64,000 nucleotides of DNA, taken from Myxococcales bacterium (lineage in GTDB: Bacteria > Lernaellota > Lernaellaia > Lernaellales > Lernaellaceae). The notes beneath the pieces are model-generated. The model was not told where the DNA came from. It did no database searches and saw only the letters and a program-made list of their open reading frames with translations. Shown in pieces: positions 45,689 through 55,416 of the stretch; the first letter of the stretch is position 1; each line of letters begins with the position of its first letter. The stretch lies in assembly GCA_012517325.1 (NCBI GenBank), contig JAAYVF010000085.1:75673-139672 (forward strand). The letters run 5' to 3'. Both the position numbers and the translations under genes were made by a program.

Positions 45689-46583
45689 CGCGGCGGCTCC
45701 GGGACGGGGTGCAGCAGCGCGGCCATCCGGCGGGCGATCTCCGCCATGCGCAGGCCGGAAGTGACCGCGTCGGGATCGGCGATCAGAAAAACGCGGTCGG
45801 CCTTCACGGCCCGCAAATAGGGCAGAGCGCGCCACAATGCCCGCTCGCGCTCCTGGGCCGCGGGCGAATCGTCCGCGCCCGGCAACAGCGCCACGATCGC
45901 CTCGGGATCCAGGCGCAGGATTTCCTCCTGGCCGAGTTGCGGATAGGCGATCGGCGAATCGAGCAGGGCGTTCGCCCCGCCGGCGATGGTCAGCAGTTCG
46001 TCGAGGAAGGTGCCCTTGGCCGCGGCGAAGATCCCGCGCAGCTCGCCGGGGTTATGGCCGATGACCAGCAACGTGCGCGCCGGCGGTTGTTTCTTGACGT
46101 GGTCGGTGACGGTTTGCAGGTCGTTTTGCAGACGCTCGACGAGCGCCTGTCCGGCCGGGACGCGGCCGAGTTTTTCGGCGATGGCGGCGATGGCGGTGTA
46201 GGCGTCGGCGATCGTTTCGGTCGGCAGGGCAAGCACGGGCAGGCCCAGCGCGACAAGCCGTTCGCGCTGCGCTTGCATCGATGATTTCACCAGCACGAGG
46301 TCCGGCCGCAGGGCGAAGATGCGCTCGTAGTTCGCGTCCAGCGCCGCGCCGACCTCGACTGCTTGCGGCGAAAGCCCGGCGGTCGGGCAGAAGGGCGTCC
46401 GGCCGACCACGCGATCGCCCGCGCCCAGCGCGACGACGATTTGCGTGAAGCTGGGCAGCAGCGAGACGATGCGCGCCGGCGCGGCGGCGGGCGGGGGGGC
46501 GGCAGGCCCGGGCGCGCAGGCGAAGCACAGCGCGATCAACGCCGGCAACCAGCAGGCCCGAATTCGCCGCCGAGGTCGCATGG
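45685..46583 (-). CDS. Periplasmic substrate-binding protein (BtuF/FecB-like, cluster A-2)
   Basis: Signal peptide/lipobox (ALIALCFACAPG), RIVSLLPSFTQIVVALGAGDRVVG motif typical of BtuF-like PBPs. Confidence 0.75.
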
Positions 46584-46665
46584 GATACTCCGTATCGGGT
46601 GGCATCGTTCGGCGCCATGATGGTCCGGCGCCGCGGGCACTGTCAAGTAAAACGGCGGTTCCGGG

Positions 46666-47817
46666 TCAGAAGGAAAACGCCAGGGAAGCGAGCAGGGAGG
46701 CCGCGGGCGCGATCGTCTCGCCGTCGTGCGGTCCGCCGCGATAGGTTTCGTCGAACCAGGTAATCCGCCCGGCCAACGCCGCGTCCACGTCGTTGATCGG
46801 GTGAAAGCCCAGCCCGGCCAGGAGGCCCCAAAAGCCGTCCCGGTCGGCCGCGAGCGTCTCGCCGTCGAGGCGGCTGGCGGCGCGCCCCCGGCCGCTCGAA
46901 TCGAGGTCGGGGTCGAACCGCTCGCCCCGCGCGAACGGCTCGAACCAGGGCCACGGTTTGACCGACAGCCAGCCGGTGGCCGCCATCCCATTGCTGGTCG
47001 GCTTTTGGCGCTCGCGCCCCCAATGAGAATCGAGGCTGCCTTCCAGGCCGGCGTTGATGTACCGGCAGCGATAGTGCAGAAGCGCCATGCCGACGGCGTC
47101 GCGGTCGAGCGCCGGCCCGGGCGGATCTTCGCTGGTGTTGTAACGCCCGCCGAGCGACAACGAAAAATGGCCCAGCACGCCGGCCGCGAACGCCGGCACG
47201 AAGGTCACCCGGCCTTCGCCGGCTTTCTGCTTGGAAGCCTCGAAATCCTGCGCGCCGTTCCCGCTGTCGATTTGCGCCCGGTACGAGCCGTAATGGCCCG
47301 GAAAATCGCCCTTCACCGCGAGGCCCACGTCGGTCAGTTGTCCCAGCCAGCCGGCCCGCTCGGCCAGCAGCCGGTCGACGAAACGAAAGCCGTTCGCCTG
47401 GTCGACGAACCCGATCCACGGCGTTTCGATGATGCCGGCGTCTACGCCGACATACGTTTTCGGCTGCCAGTTCAGGTGGGCGTAACGCAGCACCAGCGCG
47501 AAGCGGCCGGCGTCGGGCGTGGTCACGTCCTCCAATTTTCCGTCGCCATTGACGTCAGCCTGATAATCGTGGACGCGTTCGACGTCGGTGGCCAGGTGCG
47601 CCAGCCAGTTCGGCTGCGGCTCGCCGAACAGTTCCAGGCGCGCACGGGTGATGTCGAACGCGGAAAAGTCGTTGTTGCTCGAGCGCGGATCGTACGCCGA
47701 ATCGTAGGTCGGCAAAGTGTAGCTGTACTGGAAATAGACGTCGCCCCCGACGTCCACCGCCCAGGCCGGCGCGGCGCCGCCGAGCAACAGCAAAAGAATG
47801 AGGACGCGCTTTTTCAT
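46666..47817 (-). CDS. Outer-membrane porin-like beta-barrel protein
   Basis: Signal peptide MKKRVLILLLLLGGAAPAWA. Beta-strand patterning. C-terminal ...LASLAFSF with terminal Phe. Confidence 0.6.
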   Translation of the reverse strand: MKKRVLILLLLLGGAAPAWAVDVGGDVYFQYSYTLPTYDSAYDPRSSNNDFSAFDITRARLELFGEPQPNWLAHLATDVERVHDYQADVNGDGKLEDVTTPDAGRFALVLRYAHLNWQPKTYVGVDAGIIETPWIGFVDQANGFRFVDRLLAERAGWLGQLTDVGLAVKGDFPGHYGSYRAQIDSGNGAQDFEASKQKAGEGRVTFVPAFAAGVLGHFSLSLGGRYNTSEDPPGPALDRDAVGMALLHYRCRYINAGLEGSLDSHWGRERQKPTSNGMAATGWLSVKPWPWFEPFARGERFDPDLDSSGRGRAASRLDGETLAADRDGFWGLLAGLGFHPINDVDAALAGRITWFDETYRGGPHDGETIAPAASLLASLAFSF

Positions 47818-47896
47818 GGCACCCTGCCGTGAGGATCAGGCCGATTCTAGCCGGAAGGCCGCAGGGTGGGAAGACGGACCGGCCGGGCGATCGCGG

Positions 47897-49951
47897 CTAT
47901 TTCGGTTTCTTCACCGCCGCGTTGCGCGCGATCATATTTTTGATCGTCACGTCCTGTTCGCCGTCGATCTCGACCAGGCGCGTATGGAAGGCGCCCTGCA
48001 ATTCCGGCATGGTTTTCTTCGCGTCGGGAAGCGCGGACAGGAGGAAATCCAGCCCCAGCCCCTTGAGCTTTTTGACGGTCGGGATGCCGCGCGAATCCCA
48101 GCCGCGGGTTTTGTAATAAACCGGCAGCATCGCGCCGAGCGCCACCTTCGTCGCGGGATTTTTCGGATCCTGCGGCTCCTTGGTCAGCCGGTCGGGCAAC
48201 CGGTTTTCGACCAGGCCCTCGCGGATGTTGAACATGCGTTCGAGGTTGTACACCCGGTCGCCGGCCGCCAGGAATTCGCCGAGGCTCATCTTCATGCCGG
48301 TCAGGGTGCCGATGACCTTCGAATGCGGGATCAACGGCAGGTGGAACGGGATCATGCCGGCGGGCAGGTTGAGGACCATTCCCAGCACTCCGCCCGAACC
48401 GCGCAGTGTGATGTCCAGCACCTTGGCCATCGTGCCGTACGGCTTCACCTTGCTGGCGATGCCCGGCAGCACGGCGTAGCTCGTGAAAATGCAGGTGCCG
48501 CAGGCGCTGATCGCGTCGAAGGCGTTTTGCTGAAAAATCGCCAACTGCGGCTTGCCGAGCGTCGAAAGTGGGCTGACGTTCACCGGCCCGAGATTTTCGA
48601 AATAGATCATGTAGCCGGCGTTGAGGTGGCAACCGCCGCGGTTGGCCGTGGCGTAACCCAAGCCCATGCCCGCCGAGCGCCGCGGTTCGTAGGCGGCCAG
48701 TTCCAACCCTTTGCTGTGAATGGCGAAGGCCTCGCCGCCGTATTTCCACGACAGCCGCATGGCGCCCTCGGCCAGGTCGTTGCCCAGCCCGCGCCGATGC
48801 GCAATGTCCTCGATGAGCGGCGCGATCCGCGCGGCGTCGCCCCATTGCAGGTCGCTTTTCAACAATCCCTTTTCGGTCAGCTCGGTGGCGAAATCGATGA
48901 CGCTGCCGGCACTGATGGTGTCCAGCCCCATTTTGTCCAGTAGGTAGTTCCACTCGCAGATTTTCCACAGATCGCGATTGCCGAAATTGGAACCGAACAT
49001 GCCGACGGTTTCGTACTCCGGCCCTTTGACTTCCTTGCCGTTGATTTCGACGACGCGGGCGCAGCGGATCGGGCAGCTCAGGCAACCGGTGTTTTTCTTC
49101 AGGTGCTTTTTCACCAGGGCTTCACCGTCGATCTCGTCGGTGAACTCGTAGGAGCCTTTTTGGAAATTGCGGGTCGGCAAAACCGACAGGATGTTCGCCT
49201 TGCCCATCATGCCCAGGGTGCCGTAGGCGGGCAGGGTGCCGCCGGTGGCCGGATGGGCCTTGAGCAGGTCGATCCATTCCTTGATGACTTTTTTGTATTC
49301 CTCGGGATTGGGGATCGGAATTTTTTTCTTGCCGCTGGCGACCAGCGCCTTGATCATCTTGCTGCCCATCACCGCGCCGACGCCGCCGCGCCCGTGCGCG
49401 CGTTCGCCGCTGATGATGCAGGCGAACCGGACGAGGTTTTCGCCGGCCGGGCCGATCACCATCTGGCCGATGTTCTTGCCGTGCCGTTTGGCGAGGACGG
49501 CCTGCGTTTCCTCGGTGTCCAGGCCCCACAAATCGGCGGCGTCGTGAATCTCGATTTTATCCTCGGTGATCTCGATGTAGATCGGCTGCCTGGCCTTGCC
49601 GGCCAGCACCAGCGCGTCGTAACCGGCCCGCTTGAGGTTGATGCCGAAGGTGCCGCCGGAATTCGAGGACATGACCCCGCCGGTCAGCGGGCTTTTGCAC
49701 GAAACGTTGAAGCGGCTCGAACACGGCGCGCCCGTTCCCGTGAGCGGCGCGGTGGTGATCACCAGCAGGTTTTCCTCGCCGAGCGGATCGATACCCGGCT
49801 TGAGATGGTCCCAGATGATTTTCGTACCGAGGCCTTTGTTGCCCAGAAACAATTCGCGGTCGCGGTCGGAGATCTCGAACGGGCGATGCGTGCCCTGGTC
49901 CAGGTCCATCCACAGGGCTTCGCCCATGTAACCGCCGTATTTGGTCGCCAT
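47897..49951 (-). CDS. Aldehyde:ferredoxin oxidoreductase family (tungsten/pterin-dependent AOR)
   Basis: N-terminal AOR_N domain (LWMDLDQG...). Two C-terminal alpha domains. [4Fe-4S] ligand region. Overall length 684 aa typical of AOR. Confidence 0.85.
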   Translation of the reverse strand: MATKYGGYMGEALWMDLDQGTHRPFEISDRDRELFLGNKGLGTKIIWDHLKPGIDPLGEENLLVITTAPLTGTGAPCSSRFNVSCKSPLTGGVMSSNSGGTFGINLKRAGYDALVLAGKARQPIYIEITEDKIEIHDAADLWGLDTEETQAVLAKRHGKNIGQMVIGPAGENLVRFACIISGERAHGRGGVGAVMGSKMIKALVASGKKKIPIPNPEEYKKVIKEWIDLLKAHPATGGTLPAYGTLGMMGKANILSVLPTRNFQKGSYEFTDEIDGEALVKKHLKKNTGCLSCPIRCARVVEINGKEVKGPEYETVGMFGSNFGNRDLWKICEWNYLLDKMGLDTISAGSVIDFATELTEKGLLKSDLQWGDAARIAPLIEDIAHRRGLGNDLAEGAMRLSWKYGGEAFAIHSKGLELAAYEPRRSAGMGLGYATANRGGCHLNAGYMIYFENLGPVNVSPLSTLGKPQLAIFQQNAFDAISACGTCIFTSYAVLPGIASKVKPYGTMAKVLDITLRGSGGVLGMVLNLPAGMIPFHLPLIPHSKVIGTLTGMKMSLGEFLAAGDRVYNLERMFNIREGLVENRLPDRLTKEPQDPKNPATKVALGAMLPVYYKTRGWDSRGIPTVKKLKGLGLDFLLSALPDAKKTMPELQGAFHTRLVEIDGEQDVTIKNMIARNAAVKKPK

Positions 49952-50006
49952 CAGCTCTCCTTGCCGGTCACGGCCGGCGATCGATCGATCGATGTACGGG
50001 GCGCGC

Positions 50007-50264
50007 TCAACCGCCGCCGAGCGGAGGGAAGAAGACCAGGTCGTCGCCGTCCGCCACTCGGGTGCTGGTGCCCTTCAGAAACGTGACGTTGTTGCCGTTT
50101 AAAATCACGTTGGACATATTCAGCAAGCGAATGAAATCGGCGTTGCCGCGAAATCGTTCTTCCAAGCGACGCACCGCGTCACCGACCGTGCCGGCGGAAA
50201 CTTCGACGCCGTCCACTCCGGCCGCGTTGCGCAGGGTCGAAAAGAACCTGATTTTTACCGACAT
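50007..50264 (-). CDS. MoaD/ThiS-family sulfur-carrier protein
   Basis: 85 aa ending ...FFPPLGGG (C-terminal Gly-Gly). Immediately downstream of AOR. Confidence 0.7.
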   Translation of the reverse strand: MSVKIRFFSTLRNAAGVDGVEVSAGTVGDAVRRLEERFRGNADFIRLLNMSNVILNGNNVTFLKGTSTRVADGDDLVFFPPLGGG

Positions 50265-50344
50265 TTCACGACTCCACCGCGAGAGTATAGGAAATCATGG
50301 TGGAGCCGATTTTAAGTGTCAATGGAAAAAAAAAGCATAATAAA

Positions 50345-50836
50345 TCAGGGGTAAAGTCGAACGTTCGCGCGGGATTCGTTCGATAAAAGGCCGGCCAGTT
50401 CCGCGATCGTGGCTTGTCGCCCTGGGTGTCGCCAGTCGGGGGCGATTTCCGCCAGCGGAATCAGCACGAACGCGCGGTCGGCCATTTCCGGATGGGGGAG
50501 GGTCAGCCGCGGATCGTCGAGCGCCAACTCGTCGTACAGCAGCAAATCGAGGTCGAGGGTGCGATCCGCCCAGCGCGCGGCGCGCTCGCGGTGATGCCGC
50601 GCCTCGACGGCCAGCAGCGCCGCCAGCAGTTCGCGCGGCGGCAACGCGGTTTCCAGCACGGCGCAGGCGTTGATGAACCGCCGCAACGCCACGCCGCCGA
50701 CCGGTTCGCTTTCGTAGAGCCGGCTGGCGCGGAGCAGGCGCGTTGACGGCAACCGGTCGAGATCTTCCAGTGCCGCCCGCACGGTCGCCACGCGATCCCC
50801 CAGACTGCTGCCGATACCGATTGCCGCTTGCGCCAT
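50345..50836 (-). CDS. folK: 2-amino-4-hydroxy-6-hydroxymethyldihydropteridine pyrophosphokinase (HPPK)
   Basis: AAIGIGSSLGD...ALEDL...LYESEPVG...LDLDLLLYD...LPHPEM motifs of HPPK. Start trimmed to MAQAAIG. Confidence 0.85.
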   Translation of the reverse strand: MAQAAIGIGSSLGDRVATVRAALEDLDRLPSTRLLRASRLYESEPVGGVALRRFINACAVLETALPPRELLAALLAVEARHHRERAARWADRTLDLDLLLYDELALDDPRLTLPHPEMADRAFVLIPLAEIAPDWRHPGRQATIAELAGLLSNESRANVRLYP

Positions 50837-50909
50837 GCCCGCACGATAGCACAAAACCGGATCCGGCGGACATTGCCTTTCCCCGCGTTCATCCGCTAGA
50901 GTAAACGCC

Positions 50910-51551
50910 ATGCGACGCATCGGCTTGTTCGGCGGGACCTTCAACCCGATTCACCTGGGGCATCTGCGGGTGGCGGAAGAGGTACGCGAGGCTCAGGCGC
51001 TGGACCGGGTGATTTTCATTCCCGCCGCCGATCCGCCGCATAAAAACGGCTTGGCGATCATACCGGTCGCGCACCGGCTGGCGATGACCCGATTGGCGGT
51101 GACGGATGACCCGTCCTTTGCCGTCAGCGATTTCGAGGCGAACCGCGCCGAAAAAAGCTTTTCGCTTTATACGATCCGCCATTTCCGCGAGACCACGCCC
51201 GCGGCGCGGCTGTTTTTCATCATCGGCGCCGACGCCTTCGCGGAAATCACCACCTGGCACCGTTGGGAAGAGGTCATCCGGGAGGTTTCCTTCGTGGTGA
51301 TGACCCGCCCCGGCAGCCGGATCGGCCACCCCGCCGAGGCCCTTCCCAAGGAATGGGCCGGACGCATCGAAACGGTGTCTGAATCATTGTATCATGTCGA
51401 TAATAAAGAGGAAATCATCTTTCAGCCGGTGACCAGCCTCGAGATTTCCAGCTCTGATATCCGGCGCCGCCGGCAGGAAGGCGGCTCGATCCGCTTTTTG
51501 GTGTCCCCCGCGGTGGAAGACTACATTCGCGTGAACCATCTTTATGAATAA
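50910..51551 (+). CDS. nadD: Nicotinate-nucleotide adenylyltransferase
   Basis: IGLFGGTFNPIHLGHL (H/TxGH motif) and the SxxxR C-terminal motif (ISSSDIRRR). Confidence 0.9.
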   Translation: MRRIGLFGGTFNPIHLGHLRVAEEVREAQALDRVIFIPAADPPHKNGLAIIPVAHRLAMTRLAVTDDPSFAVSDFEANRAEKSFSLYTIRHFRETTPAARLFFIIGADAFAEITTWHRWEEVIREVSFVVMTRPGSRIGHPAEALPKEWAGRIETVSESLYHVDNKEEIIFQPVTSLEISSSDIRRRRQEGGSIRFLVSPAVEDYIRVNHLYE

Positions 51552-51653
51552 TTCAATATTGGCTTGTTCCGGCCTGCCTGATGGTATATATTGTGCGCGC
51601 TGCCAGGTTCTTATTGGGGGTAGGGTCGGGGATTGCATCGCGGAGTGATTGGC

Positions 51654-52856
51654 ATGAGACCCTTTTTCCATTCAGCGCTTCTTCTCTTCTCACTTTTGCT
51701 GATGGTTTCGTTCACGGCCTGCGATAACGCATCCGATGAAGCCGATTCCGATCATGCCTCCGTATCCGATCAGGCGGCGCCCGACGATTTGAGCGGCGCC
51801 GATGACGACACCGATCAGGACGACAACCTGGAGGCGGGCGACGCGCCCGACGATCAGATTTACGAACCGCCGCTCGGTGATAATCCGGCGTTCGGCTACG
51901 GCCCGTACAAAGTCGTTCAGCGTCTGGTTCACCTGCCCGAACCTTATCAGGATCGGACGGCCTATCTGTTCGTTCCCGAAAGCGACGACAAAGCCGACGA
52001 GGGCCCGTATCCGACGATCGTCTGGGGCCACGGCATTTACAGCGCCAACTGGCCGATCGGCCAGCGCGAGATGTTCGAACGCCAGGCCAGCCGAGGGTAC
52101 CTGGTCGTTTACCCGAACATGGACGTGCCGTTTCCGTTCCCGGAGGAAGATTCGGTTACGAAGGGGATCATCACTTATCTGGCGGCCATCAAAAAAGCCG
52201 TGAAGATGGGGCTGGCCGATCCCGACCGGATCATCTTCGGCGGATACAGTTTCGGGGCGCGCATCGCGGCGTTGGCGACGGCGCTGACCACCGGCATGGA
52301 CCGGTTGGACATCTGGCCGAATCCGATCGCCTGCGTCTTCGAGGCGCTGCCCGACTTCACCGATTCCGAAGGCGTCTGGCCACCGGTTACCTTTTACGGT
52401 CCGCGGCCGAGCGAATGGGCGCCGCTGATCGATCCGTCCATCCCGATCACGGTGATCTGCGCCGAGGACGACCGGACGGTGCTGACCTACGACAAGAAAA
52501 CCGGCGAGCCGGAAAATGGCGCGTATTTCTTCGAACAACTGCCGAGCGAATTCGCCCAGCTCATTATTTTGAAAAGCGGATCGACCTCCAACGACAAGGC
52601 GCAGCACTCGACCTTCATGGCGCCCACCGTCCGATCGCTCGACGCGCTCGATTTGTGGGGCCACATCAAGATCGTCGCCGGCATCACGAACTTCCATTTC
52701 AAGCACCGCAACCGCGAATGGGCCTACGGTTTCATGCGCGCCATCGGCGGCCTGGATCACGCCAACCAGCCGATGATCCACGAGGTTTACGAACGCCATA
52801 ACGGTCAAGACAGCCAGACCTTGCCGCCCGAGGACAACAGCTTCGGCGTCGAATAA
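51654..52856 (+). CDS. Secreted alpha/beta-hydrolase-fold lipoprotein (dienelactone-hydrolase/PAF-acetylhydrolase-like)
   Basis: Lipobox ...SFTACDN. GxSxG nucleophile elbow GGYSFGARIA. Acidic low-complexity linker near the N-terminus. Confidence 0.6.
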   Translation: MRPFFHSALLLFSLLLMVSFTACDNASDEADSDHASVSDQAAPDDLSGADDDTDQDDNLEAGDAPDDQIYEPPLGDNPAFGYGPYKVVQRLVHLPEPYQDRTAYLFVPESDDKADEGPYPTIVWGHGIYSANWPIGQREMFERQASRGYLVVYPNMDVPFPFPEEDSVTKGIITYLAAIKKAVKMGLADPDRIIFGGYSFGARIAALATALTTGMDRLDIWPNPIACVFEALPDFTDSEGVWPPVTFYGPRPSEWAPLIDPSIPITVICAEDDRTVLTYDKKTGEPENGAYFFEQLPSEFAQLIILKSGSTSNDKAQHSTFMAPTVRSLDALDLWGHIKIVAGITNFHFKHRNREWAYGFMRAIGGLDHANQPMIHEVYERHNGQDSQTLPPEDNSFGVE

Positions 52857-52890
52857 CTCCGCCGAAACCCCTCACTTTTTGAAGGTCGAC

Positions 52891-52918
52891 GCGCCGGTTT
52901 TTCCGGCGCGTTTTTTAT
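52891..52918 (+). terminator. Rho-independent terminator after the hydrolase gene
   Basis: GCGCCGG-TTTTT-CCGGCGC stem-loop followed by GTTTTTTAT. Confidence 0.7.
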
Positions 52919-53044
52919 GGTCCGGAACCGGTCCCCGGCCGGTCCGCCGCCCGTTTTCCTCTTGACGCCCCGGCGGGGTCCGTCTAGCATTTCCGTTCTA
53001 TTGCAAGGGGTCTTTATCCGGAGCGATCGGGACAGATTCGATTT

Positions 53045-53336
53045 CGGCGCGTGAACAGGCCGCGCTAGGCGGGGAGCCAGCGGTGCCCTGTACCCTCAAT
53101 CCGCTATAGAGGGGCGGAATCCCCGACCGAGGCCTTAGCGCGCAGTGCCGGTCCGTTACCCCGGGTCAGCGGGTTGGGCCCCACGCGGCAGACGCCTCCG
53201 AACCGTGTCAGATCCGGAAGGAAGCAGCACTAAGGAGGAACGTCTGGGCGCCGTGGGTTACCTGACCAACGCCCTCGGGGAAGAACGCGACATTGCGGGC
53301 GGGTCGAAGAAGGGTGCGCGGCCTGTTGACGCGCCG
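53045..53336 (+). ncRNA. ffs: Signal recognition particle RNA, apparently the long (Alu-domain-containing) form
   Basis: Domain-IV consensus GUGUCAGAUCCGGAAGGAAGCAGCACUAAGGAG at 53201-53240 (compare E. coli GGUCAGGUCCGGAAGGAAGCAGCCAAGGCAG). 5' segment GCGCGUGAACAGGCCGCGC (53047-53065) is complementary to 3' segment GCGCGGCCUGUUGACGCGC (53316-53334). Conserved position immediately upstream of dnaX. Confidence 0.75.
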
Positions 53337-53399
53337 GACGAGCGCCGGACCGGCGGCTGAATCCCGATCGCCAAGGTTCGCTCACAAAGGTGCGCCGGA

Positions 53400-55085
53400 A
53401 TGTCCTATCTGGTTTTGGCCCGCAAGTATCGCCCGCAGACCTTCGCCGACCTCGTCGGCCAGGAACACGTGACCCGCACCCTGACCAACGCCATCGCCCT
53501 GGGCCGCATCGCCCACGGCTATTTGTTCACGGGCACGCGCGGCGTCGGCAAGACGACGGTCGCCCGCATCTTCGCCAAGTCGCTCAATTGCGAGGCCGCC
53601 CAGGGACCGACCGCTACACCGTGCGGCCAGTGCCCGTCCTGCAAGGAAATCGCCGCCTCGGCCAGCCCCGACGTCTTCGAGATCGACGCCGCTTCCAACA
53701 CCGGCGTCGACGACGTGCGCGAGCTGCGCGAAAACGTCAAGTACCTGCCGGCGCGCGGCCGCTACAAGGTGTACATCATCGACGAAGTGCACATGCTCTC
53801 GAAAAGCGCCTTCAACGCGCTGCTCAAAACCCTCGAGGAGCCGCCGCCGCACGTCGTCTTCATTTTCGCCACCACCGAACCGCACCGCATCCCCGAGACG
53901 GTGCTGTCGCGTACGCAACAATACGAATTCAAGATGATCGGCCTGGCGCCGATCGCCGCTTACCTGCAAAAGCTGATGGACGCCGAGGGCGTCGCCGTGC
54001 CGCGCGACGTGCTGATGCTCGTGGCCCGCAAGGCCGCCGGCAGCGTGCGCGACGGGCTGTCGTACATGGACCAGGTGCTGTCCTACGGTCCCGACCGGCC
54101 GCTCGCCGAAATCGCCGACGTGCTGGGCGTGGTGGATCGCCAGGCGCTGCTCGACATTTCCGCCGCGGTGCTCAAGGCCGAGCCGGTTGCGCTGCTCGAC
54201 GTGCTGCAACGGATGGGCGCGGCCAACTGGGACGTCAAGGATTTTCTCGCCGACCTGCTCGAGCACTTCCGCAACCTCGTCGCCGTCAAGGTGGCGCGCC
54301 AGCCGGAATTGCTGATCGACGCCGGCCAGGCCGAGCTTGCCGCGCTGGCCGCCCAGGTGAAGGACACGGCGCTGGAAACGCTCGAGCACCTGTTTTTCCT
54401 GCTCGCCGATTCCGAGGAGCTGGTGCTGCGCAGCGGCCAGCCGCGCCTCGTGCTCGAAATGACCCTCGTGCGCCTGGCTCAGGGCGCCAAGGTGACCTCG
54501 CTGGACAACCTCGTCGCGCGGATCGCCGAATGGAAGAGCGGCCTGGAAGCGGGCGGGCCCGGCCCGGCCGCGCGGCCCTTCGAAAGCCGGCCGTTGCCGC
54601 CCCGGCCCGGCGAAAAGCCGCCGGTCGCCCCGGAAGCTCCGGCCGCGAAACCGGCGGCGGAAGCCGGCGATCCGCTGGCCGATCCGGCGGCGGCGCTGGC
54701 GGCGGCGCTGCTGCGGCAACGGCCGACGCTGGCGAAGGTGCTGGACGGGCACGCGGTGAAATTGGCGGGCGAGCGCCTGACGATTTCGTTGCCCAAGGGG
54801 TATCCGCATCGCTCGTTCGAACTGGAACTCGAGTTCGTCACCGGCGTGGCGCGCGAATTGTTCGGCCCCCGGGTCACGGTCGCGCTGGAGGCGGTCGAGG
54901 GCCCCGGCGGGGCCAACAGCGTGCAGGACCAGATGAACGCCCGGCGCGCGGCGCAGGAACGGACCAAGACGGTGCAGCGCGAGACGATGAATCATCCGGC
55001 GGTGCAATGGCTGAAGGAAATCTTTCCCGAGGCGGAAATCAGCGTTAAAGTGAAAGAGCCCGCGGAGACCGCGGAACCCGAATAA
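53400..55085 (+). CDS. dnaX: DNA polymerase III subunits gamma/tau
   Basis: YRPQTFADLVGQEHV...GTRGVGKTT (Walker A), Zn-module CGQCPSC, Walker B IIDEVHMLS. Confidence 0.95.
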   Translation: MSYLVLARKYRPQTFADLVGQEHVTRTLTNAIALGRIAHGYLFTGTRGVGKTTVARIFAKSLNCEAAQGPTATPCGQCPSCKEIAASASPDVFEIDAASNTGVDDVRELRENVKYLPARGRYKVYIIDEVHMLSKSAFNALLKTLEEPPPHVVFIFATTEPHRIPETVLSRTQQYEFKMIGLAPIAAYLQKLMDAEGVAVPRDVLMLVARKAAGSVRDGLSYMDQVLSYGPDRPLAEIADVLGVVDRQALLDISAAVLKAEPVALLDVLQRMGAANWDVKDFLADLLEHFRNLVAVKVARQPELLIDAGQAELAALAAQVKDTALETLEHLFFLLADSEELVLRSGQPRLVLEMTLVRLAQGAKVTSLDNLVARIAEWKSGLEAGGPGPAARPFESRPLPPRPGEKPPVAPEAPAAKPAAEAGDPLADPAAALAAALLRQRPTLAKVLDGHAVKLAGERLTISLPKGYPHRSFELELEFVTGVARELFGPRVTVALEAVEGPGGANSVQDQMNARRAAQERTKTVQRETMNHPAVQWLKEIFPEAEISVKVKEPAETAEPE

Positions 55086-55096
55086 AAGGAGGCGCC

Positions 55097-55414
55097 ATGT
55101 CCAAGGGTGGTCTGGGCAATATCATGAAAATGGCCCAAAAGGCCCAGCAGCAGATGATGCAGGTGCAGGAAGAACTGGCCGCGAAGCACGTCGAGGCCAG
55201 CGCCGGCGGCGGCATGGTCAAGGCGGTGGTCAACGGCAAGCAGGAAGTGATTTCGATCCGCCTCGAGAAGGACGCGGTCGATCCGAACGACGTCGAAATG
55301 CTGCAGGATCTGATCGTTGCCGCCGTCAACGAGGCGCTGCGCAAGGCGCAGGAAATGATGACCGCCGAAATGCAGAAGGTCACCGGCGGCATGAACATCC
55401 CCGGCCTCTTCTAG
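55097..55414 (+). CDS. ybaB: YbaB/EbfC-family nucleoid-associated protein
   Basis: MMKMAQKAQQQMMQVQEELA...GGGMVKAVVNGKQE canonical YbaB sequence. dnaX-ybaB-recR synteny. Confidence 0.9.
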   Translation: MSKGGLGNIMKMAQKAQQQMMQVQEELAAKHVEASAGGGMVKAVVNGKQEVISIRLEKDAVDPNDVEMLQDLIVAAVNEALRKAQEMMTAEMQKVTGGMNIPGLF

Positions 55415-55416
55415 CC

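Noticed and set aside
46052-47832. ORFs 46052..46618(-), 46363..46744(+), 46643..47419(-), 46726..47832(+) around the PBP/porin genes
   Set aside because: R/G/A-rich wrong-frame products overlapping a porin with a signal peptide and C-terminal Phe and a PBP with a lipobox.
47847-49085. ORF 47847..49085(-) and 49103..50086(+) overlapping the AOR gene
   Set aside because: Alternative frames of a gene with a full-length AOR-family match. Low-complexity translations.
53382-55048. ORFs 53382..55007(-) and 53390..55048(+) overlapping dnaX
   Set aside because: dnaX in frame +3 (53400..55085) has canonical Walker, Zn-finger and tau C-terminal features. The others are Arg/Gly-rich frame artifacts.
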